Assembly: GCF_000737315.1 (NCBI RefSeq)
Contig: NZ_JMCB01000006.1
Location: 764,001 to 1,012,000, forward strand
Source: Hyalangium minutum
GTDB taxonomy: Bacteria; Myxococcota; Myxococcia; Myxococcales; Myxococcaceae
Direction: 5' to 3'
DNA length: 248,000 bases
How positions within the stretch are numbered: position 1 is the first letter of the stretch; every line of letters begins with the position of its first letter. The notes beneath the pieces are model-generated. The model had not been told where the DNA came from. It did no database searches and was given only the letters and a program-made list of their open reading frames with translations. The position numbers and the translations under genes were made by a program. This document shows positions 165,919 through 175,600 of the stretch, in pieces.

Positions 165919-166232
165919 GGCGCGCGGTGCTCGCGGTGCTGCTCGGAGCCCTGGTGCCGGTGCTGGCCTCGTGCGAGAGCGCCGGCCGGCGGCGGTACGA
166001 GAACAATGACTTGGTGCTCGTGACGGCGTACACCGCCAAGGATGCGTGCACGTGCCTCTTCGTGATGGAGCGCGATGAGGCGTTCTGCCGCGCCTTCGTG
166101 AAGGCCAGCCCGTCCGTGGCCCAGCTCACCATCGACAGGGAGCGCAAGGCGGTGGAGACCTCGGCGGTGCTCCTGTGGGGCGCCCGGGCGCGCTACGTGG
166201 ACGCGCGCGACGGCTGCGTGCTGGAGCTCTGA
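165915..166232 (+). CDS. lipoprotein
   Basis: Lipobox LASC; AKDACTC.FV. Confidence 0.65.
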   Translation: MRRAVLAVLLGALVPVLASCESAGRRRYENNDLVLVTAYTAKDACTCLFVMERDEAFCRAFVKASPSVAQLTIDRERKAVETSAVLLWGARARYVDARDGCVLEL

Positions 166233-166250
166233 GCCTCCCGCGGGGCTGGG

Positions 166251-168056
166251 TCAGCTGCCCTTCCACAGCCCGTGGCGGCGGGCCCTGCGCCCCAGGGTGA
166301 CAGCGTCCATGCCCAGCGCCACCGCCGCGCGCCGCAGCACGCCGTCGTGCTGCTCCAGCGCCTCGCGGATCAGCTCCCGCTCCATGTGCTCCATCCGCGC
166401 CTTCAGCGAGCCTCCTGTCCCCGTGTTCCCGGCTCGCGCGCCCACCAGGCTGGGAGGCAGCAGCCGCCGCGTCACCATCTCCCCCGGCTTGGACAGCAGC
166501 GCCGCGCGCTCCATCACGTTGCGCAGCTCGCGCGCGTTGCCCGGCCACGCGTACGCCACCAGCGCCTCCTCCGCATCCGCCGCGATGCCGCTCGCCGAGC
166601 GCTTCTGCGACCGGTTGAACAGCTCCAGGAAGTGCCGCGCCAGGGAGAGCACGTCCTCGGGCCGCTCCCGCAGCGGGGGCAAGTCGATGGTGAAGCTGTT
166701 GAGCCGGTAGAAGAGGTCCGCACGGAACCGCCCAGCGCGGACCTCCTGGCCCAAGTCTCTGTTGCTCGCCGCCACCACGCGCACATCCACGTGGCGCACC
166801 TGCGTGCCGCCCACCGGCCGCACATCCCCACCCTCCAGCACGCGCAGCAGCTTGGCCTGGAGGTTCGGCGTGGTGTTCTCGATTTCATCCAGGAAGATGG
166901 TGCCGCCATCGGCCAGCACGAACAGGCCCGGATGGTCCGCCACCGCGCCCGTGAAGGCGCCCTTCACGTGGCCAAAGAGCTCGCTCTCCAGCAGCGTCTC
167001 CGTGAGCGCGCCGCAGTCCTGCACCACCAGCGGCACATCCTCGCGCCCGCTCAGCCGGTGGATGATGCGCGACAGCACCTCCTTGCCCGTGCCCGTCTCG
167101 CCCTGCAGCAGCACCGCCACCCGGTGGGGCGCCGCCACGCGCACCAGCTCCATCACCCGCTGCATCGCCGGGCTGGAGAACCCCGGGCCCTCGCCCGCCG
167201 CCGGAGCCGGAGCCCCAGGCGTCCCGCTCATCAGCGCGCGCTCGCGCAGCAGGTTGCGCTCCAGCTCCAGGCCCATGCGCCGCTGCTCGGTGCGCACGCC
167301 GTGCTCGCGCCCCGCGTCCAGCACCGCTTGCCGCACCTCCTCCACCCCAAACGAGGGCCCCAGCGTCCGGAACAGGCTCCCCGAGTTGAACAGCTCCAGG
167401 AGCCGCTCCGGTGCCGCGGGGGCGCAGTGGACGATGCGCGCGGCCAAATCACTCGGCGGCGCGGCCCCCGTGGCATCCACCTCGTCCATCCGTCGCGAGG
167501 CCAGCTGCTCCACCAGCGACAGCGCCCGCACCTCGTCCGTGCCTGCCACCAGCAGCACCGCCACGTCTCCGCGCGCCAGCAGCGCGTACACCTCCGCGGG
167601 CGTCTGCGCGAAGCCCAGCCGCGCGTGCCCCTCCAGCGCCGTGCGCAAGGTGCGCGCCTGTTCCTCCGTCGCGAACGCCACCGCCACGTGCAGCGCGCTC
167701 TCCACCAGGTAGCGCGCCAGGGTGACGCGATCCGAGCCCTCGAAGGACAGGAAGGCCAGGCCGAGCGCCGTCACGGTGCCGCCCTCGGCGCCCTCCGTGT
167801 CGTGCCGCCACCGCACCACTCCGCGCACCCGGATGCGCGCATGGGAGTCCGGCAGCGAGAACGCCATCTCCAGCTCCTCGCCCTCCCGAGGCCCCTCCGT
167901 CGCACCGCCCAGAGGACTGGCCACCAGGCCGATCCCCGTCTCGCTGATGTTGACCGACCAGCACCCGTGCAGCGCGGGCTGCGTCACCACCTGCACGTAC
168001 AGGGGCTTACGGGGACTGCGGTCCTTCAAGGGCAGGTCGCGGACGAGCTTCATCAT
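166251..168056 (-). CDS. PilZ-domain sigma54 enhancer-binding protein
   Basis: NISETG PilZ; GETGTGKE, GAFTGA, WPGN. Confidence 0.9.
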   Translation of the reverse strand: MMKLVRDLPLKDRSPRKPLYVQVVTQPALHGCWSVNISETGIGLVASPLGGATEGPREGEELEMAFSLPDSHARIRVRGVVRWRHDTEGAEGGTVTALGLAFLSFEGSDRVTLARYLVESALHVAVAFATEEQARTLRTALEGHARLGFAQTPAEVYALLARGDVAVLLVAGTDEVRALSLVEQLASRRMDEVDATGAAPPSDLAARIVHCAPAAPERLLELFNSGSLFRTLGPSFGVEEVRQAVLDAGREHGVRTEQRRMGLELERNLLRERALMSGTPGAPAPAAGEGPGFSSPAMQRVMELVRVAAPHRVAVLLQGETGTGKEVLSRIIHRLSGREDVPLVVQDCGALTETLLESELFGHVKGAFTGAVADHPGLFVLADGGTIFLDEIENTTPNLQAKLLRVLEGGDVRPVGGTQVRHVDVRVVAASNRDLGQEVRAGRFRADLFYRLNSFTIDLPPLRERPEDVLSLARHFLELFNRSQKRSASGIAADAEEALVAYAWPGNARELRNVMERAALLSKPGEMVTRRLLPPSLVGARAGNTGTGGSLKARMEHMERELIREALEQHDGVLRRAAVALGMDAVTLGRRARRHGLWKGS

Positions 168057-168310
168057 TGAATTCCCATCCTTCAGAAGTGAAGTATGGACCCATTCCCCGG
168101 GAAATTCGAGCGCCTGTGCTGTTCGTATGCCTCCGGAGGCTTCAGGACTGAAGAGGGGTTCTGAAGCCAAACCCTCGTTTTCTCGTGGGTTGAGAGCTGG
168201 CCCGGCGCTTGCTCAAGGGAATGCACGGCAGCGGTTCGCGGCCTACCTCCATCAGGTCCCCACCGGAACTCATCTCAATGCACGCACAACTCGAGTCAAT
168301 CAGACCGGTG

Positions 168311-168904
168311 ATGGACCTGGACGTGGAGCGACAGCTCCGCCATCGGATGGCCATGGCCAGCCCCACGGATACGGTTCGCGGAATGTTCTTCAACGGGGCG
168401 CTCGAAGTCGCTCGCGCACTCGGTGGGAGCGAGGCCGCGGACCGCTGCCAGCAAATTGTGGGTGAGAAGCGCATCATCGATTTCTTCAACTACCCCGTGA
168501 CGGACCTTCTCCAACTGTCCTTGGAGATGATCCGGCTGGTGGGCGCTCACACGGGCGGTCACGCCGGAGTGCTGCGGCGCATGGGCACGCAGGCGGCGAA
168601 GGACTTTCTGGCCTCGTCGCCGGGCCGCACCATGCTGATGCTCACGGACAAGAACCCGCGCAGGGTGCTCAGCCAGCTGCCCGCCAGCTATCGCACGGTG
168701 GTGGGCTTCGGCGAGCGCAAGGTGAGCTGGTCCGCGGATGGCCGTACCGGCCTGTTCCTCGCCCAGCGTGACTTCATGCCGCCGGCGTACACCAAGGGCC
168801 TGCTCCAGGGCGTGCTCGAGGCGGTGGGTGCCAAGGGCGTCAATGTGAGCGGGCGTCCCACGGGGATGTTGGACAGCGAGTACGAAGTTTCCTGGGAGCG
168901 ATAG
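168311..168904 (+). CDS. DUF2378 (TIGR02265-like) protein
   Basis: VRGMFF..YPV..SPGR family pattern. Confidence 0.75.
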   Translation: MDLDVERQLRHRMAMASPTDTVRGMFFNGALEVARALGGSEAADRCQQIVGEKRIIDFFNYPVTDLLQLSLEMIRLVGAHTGGHAGVLRRMGTQAAKDFLASSPGRTMLMLTDKNPRRVLSQLPASYRTVVGFGERKVSWSADGRTGLFLAQRDFMPPAYTKGLLQGVLEAVGAKGVNVSGRPTGMLDSEYEVSWER

Positions 168905-169022
168905 CACTCAACGGTTCGTGCGTTTTCCATGGCGCACGGGGAGCTCCCCCGTCAGAAGCACGTCGCCAGCCGGTGTCTCGGGGATGCGGCTGGGTGAAGG
169001 ACAAACCCCCCAAGGGGATGGG

Positions 169023-169244
169023 ATGAAGACGATGCGGCTCGATGAGGGGACGGTGCAGGCAGGCGAGGGCGGCGCGGCGCTGGTGATGCTGCCCGTCTGT
169101 GTTTGCGGCTCAGGCCTGGAGGCGCCTTCGGCCTCGGGTCCGGCGGCGCCGGTGCCCACCTGCCCCGCCTGTGGCGGGAGCCAGCTGAGGGCCTCGGCCC
169201 CCGAGCACCGGCACCTGCAGGATTTCTTGAGCGCCTTCGTCTGA
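169023..169244 (+). CDS. small zinc-ribbon-like protein
   Basis: CVCG..CPACG. Confidence 0.45.
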   Translation: MKTMRLDEGTVQAGEGGAALVMLPVCVCGSGLEAPSASGPAAPVPTCPACGGSQLRASAPEHRHLQDFLSAFV

Positions 169245-169630
169245 AGCGCGGGCGCTCGGCTTTCACGGCATAAGTTCGGATGACGGGTCTGTCCCCCTTG
169301 GCGGAGGATTGGGGTGGGGGACACTCCCGTCATCTTCTTTGCGGGCGCCGATGATTGATTGGCGCGCCCTATCACTGTCATCCAGACGTTGTCTTGGAGC
169401 CCTCGGGCAGCTGCGCCCTAGCGTTGCGCGCACCCATGAGGACTCGACCCATGCATCACGCCCGGCTGATCCGCGCTCATCCGTCCAGCTGTTTGGACTC
169501 AAACTGGGCGCTTTTTGACAGCGGGTGTGACTCCATTAAACTTTTATCACCGCCTCAATCCAGGGGGGCATCGCCTGGCTCCGTTCCTCACAGGAGCACT
169601 GGGCTCGGGTCTGTCGAGGACCCATCCAAC

Positions 169631-172600
169631 ATGAACCATTCCATTCGCTCGAAGCTCTCGAAGTGGGCCGTGCTCTTCGCCGGCGCGCTGCTGCTGGCGT
169701 GTTCCACGGAGCCGGCCTCCGCCAAGGGTGCCGCGGGCCCGCTGGGCGCGGCGGTGACATCGCTGGTTGCGGACGTGCCAACGGACCTGGCCGTCACGGT
169801 GACGGACGGCGTGACGACGGTCGCCCCGGGCAGCAACGTCACCTATACGATTGTGGTCACCAACAACGGTCCCAATACGGTGTCAGGGGCCACGCTGACA
169901 GACAACTTCCCCGCGGCGCTGATGGGGGTGAGCTGGACGTGCGCGCCGGCGGCGGCGTGCGGCACGACGAGCGGGACGGGCAACATCGCCGTCGTGCTGC
170001 AGTCGCTGGGCGTGGGCAGCTCGGCGACGTTCACGGTGACGGCGACGGTGAACCCCGCGGCGACGGGCACCACGATGACCAACACGGCCGTGGTGGCGTT
170101 GCCGACGGGATTCACGGATCCAGTTCCGGCCAACAACAGCGCTTCGGATACGGACACATTCAACCGCCGGGCAGACCTCTCGCTCACGCTCACCGACGCG
170201 CCGGACCCGGTGCAGGCGAGCGCGACGCTTACGTACACCCTCACCGTCAACAACGCGGGCCCGAGCAATGCGGCCACGACGACGGTGACGCTGACCCTGC
170301 CGTCGGGAGCGACCTATGTCAGCGGGACGGGTACGGGGTGGACGTGCACTCTGAGCGGTAGCACGGTGACGTGCACCCGGGCTTCGGCGGCGACGGGCGC
170401 GTCCCCCGCCATCACGGTGCTGGTGACGGCGCCGAATACGACCGGGACGATTGTCGCCACCGCCTCGGTGAGCAGCTCGACGACGGATCCCGTCACGGGC
170501 AACAACTCGACGCTGGCGACCACCACCGTCAATCGGGTCAACAACCCGCCGACGGCGAACAACGACACGTTGACGGTGGCTGAGGACAACCCCGCCACGG
170601 TGGTCAACGTGCTGAACAACGACACCAGCGCTCCGGACGTGGGCGAGACGCTGACGGTGATCTCGGTGACTCAGCCGGCCACGGGTGGCACGGTGACGCT
170701 CTCCAGCGGAGTGGTGCGTTTCACGCCCGCGCCCAACTTCAACGGGACTACGAGCTTCACGTACACCATCTCGGACGGCAACGGCGGCTTTGCGACGGCG
170801 ACGGTGAACGTGACGGTGACGCCGGTGAACGACCCGCCGACGGCGAACAACGACACGTTGACGGTGGCTGAGGACAGTGGCGCCACGGTGGTGGATGTGC
170901 TGGCCAACGACACGATTTTTCCGGACGTGGGTGAGACGCTGACGGTGGTCTCGGTGACCCAGCCGACCACGGGCGGTACGGTGTCGCTGGTAGGCGGCGT
171001 GGTGAGCTTCACCCCTGCGCCCAACTTCAACGGGACTACGAGCTTTACGTACACCATCTCGGACGGCGCTCTGATGGCCACGGCGACGGTGTCGGTGACG
171101 GTGACGCCGGTGAACGACCCGCCGACGGCGAACGACGACACGCTGACGGTGGCCGAGGACAGCGGCACCACGGTGGTCAACGTGCTGGCCAATGACTCGA
171201 TTTTTCCGGACGTAGGCGAAACGCTGACGGTGACGGCGGTGACTCAGCCCACCACGGGTGGCACGGTGTCGCTGAATGGCGGCGTGGTGCGCTTCACGCC
171301 CGCGCCCGACTTCAACGGCACGGTGACGTTCACATACACCATCTCGGACGGCGCCTTGACGTCCACGGCGACGGTGACGGTGACGGTGACGCCGGTGAAC
171401 GACGCGCCGACGGCGAACAACGACACGCTGACGGTGGCCGAGGACAGCGGCGCCACGGTGGTCAACGTGCTGGCCAACGACTCCAGCGCGCCGGACACGG
171501 GCGAGACGCTGACGATCGACTCGGTGACTCAGCCGACCACGGGCGGCACGGTGACGCTGAGCAACGGCACGGTGAGCTTCACTCCCGCGCCCGATTTCAG
171601 CGGGACCACGAGCTTCACGTACACGATCTCAGACGGCAACGGCGGCTTTGCGACGGCCACAGTGAACGTGACGGTGACGCCGGTGAATGACCCTCCGACG
171701 GCGAATGACGACACGCTGACGGTGGCCGAGGACAGCGGCGCCACGGTGGTCAACGTGTTGGTCAACGACACCAGCGCGCCGGACGTGGGCGAGACGCTGA
171801 CCGTGGTCTCGGTGACTCAGCCGGCCACGGGCGGCACGGTGACGTTGAGCAGCGGCGTGGTGACCTTCACCCCGGCGCCCAACTTCAACGGGACCACGAG
171901 CTTCAACTACACGATCACGGATGGCAACGGCGGTACGGACACCGCGACGGTGAACGTGACGGTGACGCCGGTGAACGACCCGCCGACGGCGAACAACGAC
172001 ACGCTGACGGTGGCCGAGGACAGCGGCGCCACGGTGGTGGATGTGCTGGCCAACGACACGTTTGCCCCGGACGTGGGTGAGACGCTGACGGTGACGGCGG
172101 TGACTCAGCCGGCCACGGGCGGCACGGTGGACCTGACGAACGGCACGGTGACCTTCACCCCGGCGCCGGACTTCAACGGCACGGTGACGTTCAGCTACAC
172201 AGTGTCGGATGGCAACGGGGGCACGGCCACGGCGACGGTGTCGGTGACGGTGACGGCGGTGAACGACCCGCCCACGGCCGTGGATGACGCATTCACCGTT
172301 CCGCGCAATAGCACCAACAACGTCCTGAATGTGCTGGCCAACGATACGATTTTTCCGGACGTGGGCGAGACGCTGACGGTGACGGCGGTGACCCAGCCGG
172401 CCAGCGGCACCGTGACGCTGACGGGCGGTGTGGTGAGCTACACCCCTCTCGCAGCCTTCATCGGGGACGTGACGTTCAGCTACACGGTGTCGGATGGCAC
172501 GTTGACGGCGACGGCGACGGTGACGGTGACGGTCTTCGGAACCAACATCCCGCCGACGGCGAACAACGACTCACTGACGGTGGCCGAGGACAGTGGCCCC

Positions 172601-175600
172601 ACGGTGGTGGATGTGCTGGCCAACGACACGATCGCACCCGATGTGGGTGAGACGCTGACGGTGACGGCGGTGACGCAGCCCACCTCGGGCGGCACGGTGA
172701 CGCTGGTGGGTGGCGTGGTGAGCTTTACCCCGGCAGCCGACTTCTTCGGCACGGTGACGTTCACGTACACGGTGTCCGACGGCAGCGGCGGCACGGACAT
172801 CGCGACGGTGACGGTGACGGTGACGCCGGTGAATGACCCGCCGAAGGCCAACGACGACACGCTGACCGTGGCGGAGGACAGCGGCGCCACCGTGGTGAAC
172901 GTGCTCGCCAACGACTTGTTCTCGCCGGACACGGGCGAGACGCTGACGGTCACGGCGGTGACGCAGCCCACCTCGGGCGGCACGGTGACACTGGCGGGGG
173001 GCGTGGTGAGCTTCACCCCGGCGGCCGACTTCAATGGCACGGTGACGTTCACGTACACGATCTCCGATGGCAACGGGGGCACGGCGACGGCGACGGTGAC
173101 GGTGACGGTGACGCCGGTGAATGACCCGCCGACGGCGAACAACGACGCACTGACGGTGGCCGAGGACAGCGGCGCCACGGTGGTGGACGTGCTGGCCAAC
173201 GACACGTTTGCCCCGGACATGGGCGAGACGCTGACGGTGACGGCGGTGACCCAGCCCACGACGGGTGGCTCGGTGACGCTCTCCGGAGGCACGGTGAGCT
173301 TCACGCCCGCGCTCAACTTCACCGGAACCACGACGTTCACGTACACCATCTCGGACGGCAACGGGGGTACGGCCACGGCGACGGTGACGGTGACGGTGAC
173401 GCCCGTGAACGATCCGCCGGACGCGGTGAATGACGCGATCACGGTGGGCGAGGACAGCACGGCCACGGTGGTGAACGTGCTGGCCAACGACACCTCTGCC
173501 CCGGACGTGGGCGAGACGCTGACGGTGGTCTCGGTGACTCAGCCAGCCACGGGCGGCACGGTGACGCTGAGCAGCGGCACGGTCATCTTCACCCCGGCCC
173601 CCGACTACTTCGGCACCACGACGTTCACGTACACGATCTCCGATGGCAACGGCGGTACGGACACCGCGACGGTGACGGTGACGGTGACGCCCGTGAACGA
173701 TCCGCCCACCGCCGCCAACGACACGTTGACGGTGGCCGAGGACAGCGGCGCCACGGTGGTGGACGTGCTGGGCAATGACTCGAGCGCTCCGGACGTGGGC
173801 GAGACGCTGACGGTGACGGCGGTGACGCAGCCGGTCTCGGGCGGCACGGTGACGCTGGTGGGCGGCGTGGTGAGCTTCACCCCGGCGCCCAACTTCAACG
173901 GGACCGTGACGTTCAGCTACACGTTGTCGGACGACAACGGTGGCACGGCGACGGCGACGGTGACGGTGACGGTGACGCCGGTGAACGATCCGCCGGACGC
174001 GGTGAACGACGCGATCACGGTGGGCGAGGACAGCGGCGCCACAGTGGTCAACGTGCTGGCCAACGACTCGAGTGCGCCGGACACGGGCGAGACGCTGACG
174101 GTGACGGCAGTGACTCAGCCGGCCACGGGTGGCACGGTGACGCTGAGCAGCGGCACGGTCATCTTCACCCCCGAGCCCGACTTCAATGGCACGGCGACGT
174201 TCACGTACACGATCTCCGACGGCAACGGCGGCACGGCGACGGCGACGGTGACGGTGACAGTGACGCCGGTGAACGATCCGCCTACCGCGGTGAATGACAC
174301 CTTCACCGTGGCGGAGGACAGCCCGGGCACCGTGCTGGACGTGCTGAGCAACGACACGTTTGCCCCGGATGTGGGCGAGACGCTGACGGTGACGGCAGTG
174401 ACGCAGCCGGCCACGGGTGGCACGGTGACGCTGAGCAACGGCACGGTCATCTTCACCCCGGCGCCGGACTTCGTGGGCACCACGACGTTCACGTACACGA
174501 TCTCGGACGGCAATGGCGGCACGTCGACGGCCACCGTGACGGTGGTCGCGACGGGGGTGAATGATCCGCCCACGGCGAACAACGACGCGCTGACGGTGGC
174601 CGAGGACAGTGGCCCCAATCCCCTCGATGTGCTGGTCAACGACTCGATTTTCCCGGACGTGGGCGAGACGCTGACGGTGACGGCAGTGACGCAGCCGGCC
174701 ACGGGTGGCACGGTGACGCTGAGCAACGGCACGGTCATCTTCACTCCGGCGCCGGACTTCAACGGCACGGTGACGTTCACGTACACGGTGTCGGACGGCA
174801 ACGGGGGCACGGCGACGGCGACGGTGACGGTGACGGTGACGCCGGTGAACGATCCGCCCACCGCGGTGAATGACTCCTTCACTGTGGCCGAGGACAGCTC
174901 GGGCAACGTGCTGGACGTGCTGGCCAATGACTCGATTGCGCCGGACACGGGCGAGACGCTCACGGTGACGGCGGTGACGCAGCCCTCCTCGGGCGGCACG
175001 GTGACGCTGAGCAACGGCACGGTGACCTTCACCCCGGCGCCGGACTTCAACGGCACGGTGACGTTCAGCTACACGGTGTCGGACGGCAATGGCGACACGG
175101 CGACGGCCACTGTGACGGTGACAGTGACGCCGGTGAGCGATCCGCCCATCGCGGTGAACGACACCTTCTCCGTCGCGGAGGACAGCGACCCCACGGTGCT
175201 GGACGTGCTGGCCAACGACGCGTCGCCGGATCCGGGCGAGACGCTGACGGTGACGGCGGTGACGCAGCCCACCTCGGGCGGCACGGTGGCGCTGACCAAC
175301 GGCCAGGTGATCTTCACGCCGGATCCCAACTTCAACGGCACGGTGACGTTCACGTACACGGTGTCCGACGGCACCTCGACGTCGACGGCGACCGTGACGG
175401 TGAATGTGACGCCGACGAACGACCCGCCGACGGGCATGCCGGACACCTACTCGGTGCCCGTCAACAGTGGCGCGACCACCTTCGACGTGCTGGCCAATGA
175501 CTCGAGTGCGCCGGACACGGGCGAGACGCTCACGGTGACGGCCGTCACTCAGCCGACCTCTTCGGGCGGCACGGTCACAGTGGCGCCGAATGGCTCGGGC